64,000 nucleotides of DNA from Candidatus Latescibacterota bacterium. GTDB taxonomy: Bacteria; Latescibacterota; UBA2968; UBA8231. The notes under the pieces are model-generated. The model ran no database searches. It had not been told where the DNA came from and was given only the letters and a program-made list of their open reading frames with translations. Shown here one piece after another: positions 39,379 to 47,322 of this stretch. Both the position numbers and the translations under genes were made by a program. Within the stretch, counting starts at the first letter, position 1. The number at the start of each line of letters is the position of its first letter. The stretch spans positions 512,001-576,000 of the forward strand of contig OZ241362.1 in the NCBI GenBank assembly GCA_965200315.1, in the 5' to 3' direction.

Positions 39379-39407
39379 AAAATACGCATCTAATATCTAA
39401 GATGCAA
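39379..39407 (-). promoter_or_regulatory. Putative autotransporter promoter overlapped by a palindromic operator
   Basis: TTGCAT-17 bp-TATTTT; GCATCT-N8-AGATGC at 39386-39405. Confidence 0.5.
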
Positions 39408-39458
39408 GAGGTAGTTTCTAAACTTTAATGGCCCATCAACACCTAGCACGTAGAAAGA

Positions 39459-39911
39459 TCAAGGTCTGGCAAAAAGAGGAATATCTTGACGCAACTCGGC
39501 TTCCAACCTAGAGTGGCAAGAAGGGCAAACCGAAATCAGATGTTCCAGCTTATTGGCCTCTATATTGGAAGAGAAACTGCGGTAGGGAATCTTGTGATGT
39601 ACGTCGAGCTGACGCCCTAGTTCCTCTTCGCTGACTCCGCATATCTGGCAGATGAAGCCATCGCGCGTCCGCGCCTTTAGCGCTTGAGGTTCCCAATTGG
39701 CCCCCCGCCGTTTGGAAGTTCCCCCTAAGCAAACCTCTAAAGAGGGCATAGCCTCTGTCCAAGCACGGCGGCAGGACACGTCGCAAAAGTGCAACTGCGC
39801 TTGACCCGCATACCAAGTCGGCACCTCAATCTCTAGCCGACAGTGCGCACAGCGCGTAGCGATCTGCGCACTGTCGCCAGCAGGGCATCGTTCGCCAAAA
39901 TTAAATCCCAT
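39459..39911 (-). CDS. HNH endonuclease with N-terminal zinc finger
   Basis: CAHC...FCDVSC; RDGFICQICG...LDVHHKIP...AN...VCPSCH. Confidence 0.85.
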   Translation of the reverse strand: MGFNFGERCPAGDSAQIATRCAHCRLEIEVPTWYAGQAQLHFCDVSCRRAWTEAMPSLEVCLGGTSKRRGANWEPQALKARTRDGFICQICGVSEEELGRQLDVHHKIPYRSFSSNIEANKLEHLISVCPSCHSRLEAELRQDIPLFARP

Positions 39912-40065
39912 CTGAGCACTAGAAGAAACCATGATAAAATCACAGGGCTAATTTTATGCGGGCTCCAATTCGTTCTGGCCTTCGCTAGCCTCTTTTTGAA
40001 GACTCGCCTTGCCCCTTCTCCCCACTTCCTATACATTTAAAGGTCAATGTTGAAGGAGAGCAAAG

Positions 40066-40320
40066 TTGCCTAAACTAAAGTCTGCCAAGAAGCACCAAAT
40101 CACTAGTGCCAAAGCCTACGTACGCAACCGCGCACTCCGCTCTCGGATGCGTACAGCCCTCAGAAAAGTCCGCCAAGCCTCGGATAAAGCTTCGGCTGAG
40201 ACCGCTCTGCAAGCGGCGATCTCGACCATCGACAGGACTACCAACAAGGGCATTATCCATAAAAATGCCGCCGCCCGCTACAAGTCGCGGTTGAGCCGTC
40301 TCGTGCAGACGATGGCCTGA
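40066..40320 (+). CDS. rpsT: 30S ribosomal protein S20
   Basis: KSAKK...RN...S.MRT...KGIIHKNAAARYKSRL; TTG start with AAGGAG SD. Confidence 0.95.
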   Translation: MPKLKSAKKHQITSAKAYVRNRALRSRMRTALRKVRQASDKASAETALQAAISTIDRTTNKGIIHKNAAARYKSRLSRLVQTMA

Positions 40321-40327
40321 TGGTCCC

Positions 40328-41245
40328 TCATTCAAAGGCGCGAGTACTCAAGTAACGCAATCCGCTGTCGCAGAGGATCGTCACGACCCGAGCATTTCCG
40401 CCCATCTCGCGAGCAACTTGGGCGGCGATATAGGCGTTGGCCCCTGCTGAAATCCCCACCAAGATCCCTTCCTCTCGCGCCAAGCGGCGGGCCATTTCAT
40501 ACGCGTCATCGTCGGCAATGACCCGCACCTCGTCGATAACCTCGCGGTTGAGAATTGGTGGTACAAAACCCGCGCCAATACCCTCTATATAACTGAATCC
40601 AGCCCTCCCTCCCGAAAGCACGGGCGATCCGGCAGGCTCGACGGCGACGATTCGCACTGTGGATAGAGTCTCCTTGAGCACCTCGCCGACTCCTGTCAAC
40701 GACCCTCCAGTACCCACACCAGCCACAAAGGCATCGATTCTTCCGTCTAGCTGTTCTAGGATCTCACGACCGGTCGTGCGGCGGTGTATCTCGGGGTTTG
40801 CTGCATTCATAAACTGCTGTGGCAAAAAGTAATCTGGATGCTCCCGCTTGAGTTCAAGCGCTTTGTCGATAGCGCCGCGCATGCCCTCAGCCGCTGGCGT
40901 CAACACAACTTCGGCACCGTACGCCTGCATCTGCAAGCGGCGCTCACGGCTAGCCGTGTCGAACATGGTGACGATGAGCTTGTAGCCCTTGTAGGCAGCC
41001 ACCATGGCCAAGCCAATGCCGGTATTGCCGCTAGTGGGCTCAATGATCGTGCCGCCCTTGGCCAGCAGTCCCTGCTCTTCGGCAGTTTCGATCATCGCCA
41101 AAGCGATGCGGTCCTTGACGCTACCGCCCGGATTGGTCGCCTCCAACTTGCCCCACACCTCGGCCACATCCTCCCCGACGACTCGGCTGAGGCGGACCAT
41201 AGGCGTAGCCCCGATTAACTCCAGCACATTGTGGGCGCGTTTCAT
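40328..41245 (-). CDS. cysK: Cysteine synthase A
   Basis: NPGGSVKDR (PLP Lys), EPTSGNTG, GVGTGGS, IEGIGAGFVP. Confidence 0.9.
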   Translation of the reverse strand: MKRAHNVLELIGATPMVRLSRVVGEDVAEVWGKLEATNPGGSVKDRIALAMIETAEEQGLLAKGGTIIEPTSGNTGIGLAMVAAYKGYKLIVTMFDTASRERRLQMQAYGAEVVLTPAAEGMRGAIDKALELKREHPDYFLPQQFMNAANPEIHRRTTGREILEQLDGRIDAFVAGVGTGGSLTGVGEVLKETLSTVRIVAVEPAGSPVLSGGRAGFSYIEGIGAGFVPPILNREVIDEVRVIADDDAYEMARRLAREEGILVGISAGANAYIAAQVAREMGGNARVVTILCDSGLRYLSTRAFE

Positions 41246-41285
41246 CCTGTACCAAACCTAACGCCAGCCGCCTGTATGGTAGCCC

Positions 41286-41564
41286 TCAACTGCCGCCAGC
41301 AATGGCCGGAACGATAGAGACGCTGTCACCGTCGTTGAGAGGCGTGTCCTTGCCGTCGAGGAAGCGAATATCTTCGTCGTTGACGAAGATATTGACGTAG
41401 CGGCGGATCTCGCCCCCCTCGTCGAGCAGTTTATCAGCCAACCCCTCGTAGGAGCTATCGAGACCATCTACCAACTCGCTAATAGTCCCCGCCTCCAACT
41501 CGACCTCGGCTTGATTGTGGGTCAATTTCCGCAACGGCGTGGGAATATGAACAGTAACCGGCAT
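41286..41564 (-). CDS. MoaD/ThiS/CysO-type ubiquitin-like sulfur carrier ending GG-S
   Basis: IPTPLR...RYVNIFVNDEDIRFL...IVPAIAGGS*. Confidence 0.92.
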   Translation of the reverse strand: MPVTVHIPTPLRKLTHNQAEVELEAGTISELVDGLDSSYEGLADKLLDEGGEIRRYVNIFVNDEDIRFLDGKDTPLNDGDSVSIVPAIAGGS

Positions 41565-41635
41565 TTCATCCTCCATGTGGTTAATTTAAGCGGCCCTGTC
41601 GCCCGCATTCTATATCCTATAACTATCAGGCTTTA

Positions 41636-42130
41636 CTAAACTATTTCAACACTCATTTCGGCGTGGCGGCTGCCGTCCCAAGCAAAACATTTGTAGCCCT
41701 GCACTTTCTGCTGGCTGCCCGTCTCCTCGCTACATACGGAGAGCACCAGATACATCGCATCCGGGTCGTCTGGGTCGTCTCCTGCCGCTCGGCTGTTGAA
41801 TATCCAAGTGCGCCTCTCGTCTTCGGCCGAGAAATAGGCCGCGCAATCAATGTGGGAATGGTAGCAACCCGAGACCCGACCACCGGCTTTTTCAGCCGCC
41901 TCTGCAATGCGCAACTGTTCGCCTGCATCAATCAGATAAGCCGTGCTTGCATCGCGGGGATAGTGCTCGGGGTCCTCTTCATGCCGCTGCTGCTGTATGT
42001 TAGTACAAGCATGGGCAGCAGATACCCCACCCGGTGGCTTCCCGACCAACAAACCGCAACACTCGTGTGGGTACTCGGCCAAGGCTTGGGCGCAAATCTG
42101 ATCAAAGTCCCTGCGGGCAATGCGCAGCAT
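41636..42130 (-). CDS. JAMM/Mov34 (M67, Mec-like) metallopeptidase
   Basis: EYPHECCGLL; YHSHIDCAAYFSAED = HxH-x7-S-x2-D. Confidence 0.9.
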   Translation of the reverse strand: MLRIARRDFDQICAQALAEYPHECCGLLVGKPPGGVSAAHACTNIQQQRHEEDPEHYPRDASTAYLIDAGEQLRIAEAAEKAGGRVSGCYHSHIDCAAYFSAEDERRTWIFNSRAAGDDPDDPDAMYLVLSVCSEETGSQQKVQGYKCFAWDGSRHAEMSVEIV

Positions 42131-42142
42131 TCAGCCATTCCT

Positions 42143-43063
42143 TCACTTAGTAACGCCCTCAAAGGCCAGCCGCCACATGGGCGTACTCATGTACTTGTCG
42201 CCGCCATCGCAAAATATCGTCACCACCACCCCCGTATCTATCTGGCGAGCAACTTCCAGCGCGGCCCAATAGGCTCCTCCCGAAGACTGGCCAACGAGAA
42301 TCCCCTTCTCGACCGGCAGCCGCAGTGCAGTATCATAAGCATCATCGGTATCTATCGGTATCTTGTAGTCGAGGAGCGTCTCGTCATAGATACCAGGGAC
42401 AATTGAACTTTCCATGTGCTTAAGGCCCTCAATGCCGTGAAACGGCTCGGCTGGCTCAGCAGCAATGATCTGGATTGCCGGATTGAACTTCCTAAGACCT
42501 CGACCGGTGCCCATCAGCGTCCCGCTAGTACCGATAGTGGCGACAAAATGAGTGACGTGGCCTTGGGTCTGCTCCCAGATTTCGGGCGCAGTAGTGTCGC
42601 GATGGGCGTACCAATTCGCGGGATTATTGTATTGGTCGGGCTTGAAGTACTGGTCGGGATCGGCTTCGTATATTCGCCGCGCTTCCCGTATGGCCCCATC
42701 GGAAAGCTCCCCCGGATCAGTGTACACCACTTCGGCACCATAGGCAGCGAGAATGGCCTTGCGCTCGCGGCTGACATTGGCCGGCATAGCCAATTTTACC
42801 CTATAGCCTTTGGCCGCGCCGATCATAGCGTAGGCAATGCCGGTATTTCCAGAAGTGGAGTCCAAAATGACCTTGCCCGCCCCCAGCGACCCGTCCTGCT
42901 CGCCATCCTCAATCATCCGCCGCGCCGGTCGGTCCTTGACCGACCCCCCAGGGTTGAAAAATTCCAGCTTGGCATACACTTTCACCTGCGGTGGAATCGC
43001 CGGATCCCTCAGCCGCAAAAGCGGCGTATTACCAATCTGTTCGACGACCGATAGGCCAGCCAC
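42143..43063 (-). CDS. cysM: CysM-like PLP-dependent cysteine synthase
   Basis: IGNTPL, SVKDR, DSTSGNTG, GTSGT, HGIEGLKHM. Confidence 0.8.
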   Translation of the reverse strand: MAGLSVVEQIGNTPLLRLRDPAIPPQVKVYAKLEFFNPGGSVKDRPARRMIEDGEQDGSLGAGKVILDSTSGNTGIAYAMIGAAKGYRVKLAMPANVSRERKAILAAYGAEVVYTDPGELSDGAIREARRIYEADPDQYFKPDQYNNPANWYAHRDTTAPEIWEQTQGHVTHFVATIGTSGTLMGTGRGLRKFNPAIQIIAAEPAEPFHGIEGLKHMESSIVPGIYDETLLDYKIPIDTDDAYDTALRLPVEKGILVGQSSGGAYWAALEVARQIDTGVVVTIFCDGGDKYMSTPMWRLAFEGVTK

Positions 43064-43080
43064 AAAAATCTCCCCTCACG

Positions 43081-43154
43081 ATTAAAAGAACCAAAATCCA
43101 CCATGTCAACCAACCCCGTCCTTTCTTGACACCCTTGAAGCTACCTTCTACCTT
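43081..43154. promoter_or_regulatory. Back-to-back sigma-70 promoters (cys operon and aspS)
   Basis: Minus strand TTGACA(43109-43104)-17 bp-TTTAAT; plus strand TTGACA(43126-43131)-17 bp-TACCTT. Confidence 0.7.
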
Positions 43155-43202
43155 ATTTTTTCCCATCTAAAATCCAATTTTATCATTATTTAGGTGTAAC
43201 TT

Positions 43203-44987
43203 ATGGAAGAACCGAGCGCAGGCTTGGGCGACTGGGAGCGTACACACGACTGCGGCACCCTCACGGACAAAGATATCGGTCAACGCGTATTGCTAATGGG
43301 CTGGGTCTGGCGCCGCCGCGACCACGGCGGCGTTATTTTTATCGACCTCCGCGACCGCTACGGCATTACCCAAATCGTCTTCAACCCGCAGCGCGGCCCC
43401 ACTGCCTACCAGCAGGCCGACCACTTGCGCAGCGAGTACGTCATCGCCGTACAAGGCGAAGTCGAGGCCCGCCCTGAAGGCATGGTCAATCCGCAGTTGC
43501 CCACCGGAGCGATTGAAGTAAACTGCGATCAGCTTCGCCTCCTCAACCGCTGTCAGACCCCTCCTTTTCTCATCGAAGATCAAACCGACGCTGGAGAGGA
43601 AATTCGGCTCAAGTATCGCTATCTGGACCTGCGTCGGCCTCGTATCCAAGGCAATTTGCTACTTAGGCACCGGGGCTATCAGATCGTGCGCCACCTGCTC
43701 GACCAGCGAGGCTTCATCGAAGTTGAAACTCCGTTTCTGACCAAGAGCACCCCCGAAGGGGCCCGAGATTACCTCGTCCCCAGCCGAGTCCATCCCGGAC
43801 GTTTTTTCGCGCTGCCCCAATCACCTCAAACCTATAAACAGCTCTTGATGATCGCCGGCTACGACCGCTACTTCCAGATCGTCAAGTGCTTCCGCGACGA
43901 GGATTTGCGTGCCGATCGCCAGCCCGAATTTACCCAAATCGACATCGAAATGGCCTTCGTGCGCGAGGATCACGTCATGGCTATTGCCGAGGATATAACC
44001 CGCGCCCTCTTTGCTGAGTTACGCCAAATCGAGTTACCTAATCCCTTTCCGCGACTCACTTATCGCCAAGCCATGGAGCACTTCGGCTCCGACAAACCCG
44101 ACCTGCGCTTCGGCCTAGAGATCAAAGATGTAGCGACAGCAGCGCGCGCTTCCCAATTCCAAGTCTTTCATTCCTCGCTTGACAGTGGTGGTCGAGTCAA
44201 AGGCATAAATGCTAAGGGCTGCAGTGGATTCTCACGTGGACAAATCGACGATTTAATCGCCTTCGCCCAAGGATTGGGAGCCAAGGGTCTTAGTTGGATC
44301 AAACACACTGACGCCGGCCTTGAATCCTCCATCGTCAAGTTCTTCCCCCAAACGGCTCAAGCCCTGTTGATCGAGACCCTCGAATCCGCCCCTGGCGACC
44401 TAATGCTTTTTGTCGCCGACCAGCCCAAGCAGGTCGCCCGGATACTCGGAGCACTGCGCTTGGAACTGGCTCAGCGTCTCTCATTAGTACCCGAGGATTC
44501 TTGGCAACCCCTTTGGATCAGCCAATTCCCACTGCTAGAGCGCGATGAGGAAGTCGACCGCTTTACAGCCGTACACCATCCCTTCACAGCTCCCTTAGAA
44601 GAGGACTTCGCCCTATTGGATAGCGCCCCTGCCGATGCTAGGGCGCGAGCCTATGACTTGGTCCTCAACGGCAATGAAATTGCCGGGGGCAGCATGCGAA
44701 TTTTTCAGCGCCCAGTACAAGCCCGTCTCTTTCAACTCTTAGAAATCGGCACCGAAGAAGCCGCGGCCAAATTCGGTTTCCTGCTCGAAGCACTTGACTA
44801 CGGAGCCCCGCCACACGGTGGTATTGCCTTTGGCTTTGACCGGCTGATCGCCTTGCTCGCCAACGAGGATTCAATCCGCGAAGTCATCGCCTTCCCCAAG
44901 ACCAATAAGGCCGTGGGCTTGATGGAAAACGCCCCTTCTTCTGTCGATTTGGGCCAGTTGCGCGAATTGGGTATTCGGTCTGCTTGA
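43203..44987 (+). CDS. aspS: Aspartate-tRNA ligase, probably non-discriminating (Asp/Asn)
   Basis: RRDHGGVIFIDLRD, RPEG, TPEGARDY, CFRDEDLRADRQPEFTQ, GAPPHGG. Confidence 0.97.
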   Translation: MEEPSAGLGDWERTHDCGTLTDKDIGQRVLLMGWVWRRRDHGGVIFIDLRDRYGITQIVFNPQRGPTAYQQADHLRSEYVIAVQGEVEARPEGMVNPQLPTGAIEVNCDQLRLLNRCQTPPFLIEDQTDAGEEIRLKYRYLDLRRPRIQGNLLLRHRGYQIVRHLLDQRGFIEVETPFLTKSTPEGARDYLVPSRVHPGRFFALPQSPQTYKQLLMIAGYDRYFQIVKCFRDEDLRADRQPEFTQIDIEMAFVREDHVMAIAEDITRALFAELRQIELPNPFPRLTYRQAMEHFGSDKPDLRFGLEIKDVATAARASQFQVFHSSLDSGGRVKGINAKGCSGFSRGQIDDLIAFAQGLGAKGLSWIKHTDAGLESSIVKFFPQTAQALLIETLESAPGDLMLFVADQPKQVARILGALRLELAQRLSLVPEDSWQPLWISQFPLLERDEEVDRFTAVHHPFTAPLEEDFALLDSAPADARARAYDLVLNGNEIAGGSMRIFQRPVQARLFQLLEIGTEEAAAKFGFLLEALDYGAPPHGGIAFGFDRLIALLANEDSIREVIAFPKTNKAVGLMENAPSSVDLGQLRELGIRSA

Positions 44988-45023
44988 AAACTTACAAGTA
45001 GGGTAGATTTTCACTTGTTCTGC

Positions 45024-45051
45024 TTGACATCCATTCTAGGTCGCCTATATT
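45024..45051 (+). promoter_or_regulatory. Putative sigma-70 promoter
   Basis: TTGACA-16 bp-TATATT. Confidence 0.55.
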
Positions 45052-45126
45052 TGTGGCCATATCCCGTATTTGATGTAAAATAGAATTGCTGTTTGATCCT
45101 TTAAGCTTAGGTGGAGGAACTACTTA

Positions 45127-45411
45127 ATGAGCTATCTTTCCACTTTATCCAATTTGAGATACTCAGGCGTCGCCTTGGCGGTAGTAATTCTGTCGCTCGT
45201 GGCTAGCTGTTCGCGTGTTCCGTCGCAGGAGGACATGGAATACCTAGAACAACAGCGCCAAGCCACTCTGGCCGCCGAAGTAAAAGTAACCGAGTTACAG
45301 GACGCAAAAGCACAGCTCGAGCGCGAACTCGCCGAGCGGCAAGCCACCAAAAAAGCACTAGAAGAAAAGCTAGTCGCTACTAAGAACAACCTCGCCAACC
45401 AAGGCAAATAA
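45127..45411 (+). CDS. Small coiled-coil lipoprotein
   Basis: Lipobox VASC, then heptad repeats; GGAGG SD. Confidence 0.8.
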   Translation: MSYLSTLSNLRYSGVALAVVILSLVASCSRVPSQEDMEYLEQQRQATLAAEVKVTELQDAKAQLERELAERQATKKALEEKLVATKNNLANQGK

Positions 45412-45425
45412 GAAAGGGTCTGACC

Positions 45426-46256
45426 ATGAAGAAGTTGTCCGTTGGTGGGTTGGCTTTAGCATTGCTAGTCCTAGCGAGCGGAAACATCTCTGCTCAAGAG
45501 CAGACGATGACCTGTGAGGAGTACATGGCTCTGGGGAACGAGCTCGTCAACCGCGAAATTGCAGCCAGCACCCAGATCGAAGAGCTAAACGCCCAGCTTG
45601 AAGTGCTTAATATGCAGATTGCCCAACTCGACCGGGCCAACGCCGACCTCAATGCCCAAATCCTCGCAACAATCGGCCACTCCGAATCCGAAGTTATGGC
45701 CTTTGGGCGCGAACTCGACGCTATTATCGCCCAACTCGAAGGACTAATGGCACTAGCTCCAGAAGTGCTCATTATGCGGCGCGGTGAGGTCACCTCTATC
45801 GATTCCCAAGTCGCCGAGCTCAAGCAAAGCAACATAGCCGCCCTGCCCGAAATGATGGACAAGCTATCTATCATCGACCAGATGCTCGCCGAGCTCAAAG
45901 CGCGCGTAGCTCAACCCGTGGTCGTTGACTACAAGGTCGAGCGGGGAGACAACTTGTGGAATATCTCCAAAAAAGAACAAATCTACGACGATCCCTATAT
46001 GTGGCCCCGCATCTACCGAAAGAATAAGGATCAAATCAAAGACCCGGATTTAATCTACCCCAACCAAGTCTTGGGCGTACCGTTCGGGGTAGCCGAAAAT
46101 CAGTATTTGGTCACCCGAGGAGACTTCCTCTTCAAAATTGCCGCCGAACTTTACAACAACGCCGGCAAATGGCATAAAATCTACGAGGCCAACAAGCAGC
46201 AAATCGTCGCGCCCGATATGATTTTTCCTGCTCAAGTCCTCGAAATCCCCAAGTAA
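45426..46256 (+). CDS. LysM peptidoglycan-binding protein (coiled coil + 2 LysM)
   Basis: Signal peptide; YKVERGDNLWNIS...IYPNQVL; YLVTRGDFLFKIA...IFPAQVL. Confidence 0.9.
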   Translation: MKKLSVGGLALALLVLASGNISAQEQTMTCEEYMALGNELVNREIAASTQIEELNAQLEVLNMQIAQLDRANADLNAQILATIGHSESEVMAFGRELDAIIAQLEGLMALAPEVLIMRRGEVTSIDSQVAELKQSNIAALPEMMDKLSIIDQMLAELKARVAQPVVVDYKVERGDNLWNISKKEQIYDDPYMWPRIYRKNKDQIKDPDLIYPNQVLGVPFGVAENQYLVTRGDFLFKIAAELYNNAGKWHKIYEANKQQIVAPDMIFPAQVLEIPK

Positions 46257-46292
46257 TTACAACCTACTTGATTTAAATACGTTTCAAGACTT

Positions 46293-46343
46293 AAAGGGGT
46301 TTGATCCTTCCGGGTTTGAGGGGAGGATTTCAAACCCCTTTTT
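46293..46343 (+). terminator. Intrinsic terminator
   Basis: AAAGGGGTTTGA...TCAAACCCCTTTTT. Confidence 0.75.
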
Positions 46344-46365
46344 GTATTTCTGTCCAGCTACCACT

Positions 46366-47322
46366 ATGAAGGACATTTCTATCGCCGGCATTGATCGCCG
46401 CTCTCTCTTCGGGCGCAACGATCAACACTTGGCTCATCTTGAAGAGAGATACGGCATTCGCTTAGTCGCCCGCGGCGACAAGATCACGATTAAGGGATCC
46501 GATGCCTCGGTGCGCGAGGCCGATAGCTTCCTCAGGCCCCTCATAAAACGTATGCGCCACGGTCCGCCCATTGAAGCAGCCGAGCTAGAGAACTTGATTC
46601 ACTGTAGCTCGATTCTGCCTAAGAGCGACCACAGCACTCTCTCAAACTCCGTAGCCTATACCTATAAGACGGCCATCTATGCCCGCACCGAAGGCCAAAC
46701 GAAATATCTCGCAGCTATCGACAACAACGACGTGGTCTTCGGCATCGGCCCAGCTGGCACCGGCAAGACGTATCTTGCGGTGGCTATGGCTGTTGCTGCG
46801 CTGCGGCAGAAGCAAATATCTCGCATCCTGCTTGCTCGGCCCGCTGTCGAAGCTGGAGAGAAGCTCGGTTTTTTGCCTGGCTCTTTTGAGGATAAAGTCG
46901 ATCCCTACTTGCGCCCGCTCTACGACGCACTACAGGATCTCATGGAACCCGAGCGCCTGCGGCGGATGCAGGACATGAAAGTTGTCGAAGTCGTGCCGCT
47001 GGCCTACATGCGCGGCCGCACCCTCAACGACTCGTTTATTATTCTCGACGAAGCCCAAAATACTACACCACAGCAGATGAAGATGTTTCTCACTCGATTG
47101 GGCAGTCACTCAAAGGCCGTAGTTACTGGCGATATTACCCAAACTGACCTCAGCGACGACCAGCCTTCGGGCTTGGTCGTAGCACCCAAAATTCTGACCG
47201 GGATCGCTGGCTTGGCCTTTGTTCGGCTCAACGAACGGGATGTGGTGCGCAACCCGCTCGTGCAGAAGATCATCAAAGCCTACGACAGCTATGAGGACGT
47301 TCACGACTCGTCCGATTCATGA
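46366..47322 (+). CDS. PhoH family ATPase (YbeZ-like)
   Basis: GPAGTGKT, RPAVEAGEKLGFLPG, YMRGRTL, LDEAQN, GDITQ. Confidence 0.95.
   Translation: MKDISIAGIDRRSLFGRNDQHLAHLEERYGIRLVARGDKITIKGSDASVREADSFLRPLIKRMRHGPPIEAAELENLIHCSSILPKSDHSTLSNSVAYTYKTAIYARTEGQTKYLAAIDNNDVVFGIGPAGTGKTYLAVAMAVAALRQKQISRILLARPAVEAGEKLGFLPGSFEDKVDPYLRPLYDALQDLMEPERLRRMQDMKVVEVVPLAYMRGRTLNDSFIILDEAQNTTPQQMKMFLTRLGSHSKAVVTGDITQTDLSDDQPSGLVVAPKILTGIAGLAFVRLNERDVVRNPLVQKIIKAYDSYEDVHDSSDS

Noticed and set aside
39459-39911. HNH as part of IscB/Cas9, a group II intron or a retron
   Set aside because: Only ~150 aa, with no RuvC or RT domain and no evident associated RNA or array.
41286-42130. Ubiquitin-like + JAB pair as a CBASS/Bil-type antiviral conjugation system
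   Set aside because: No E1/E2 or cyclase; two flanking cysteine synthases point to sulfur transfer.
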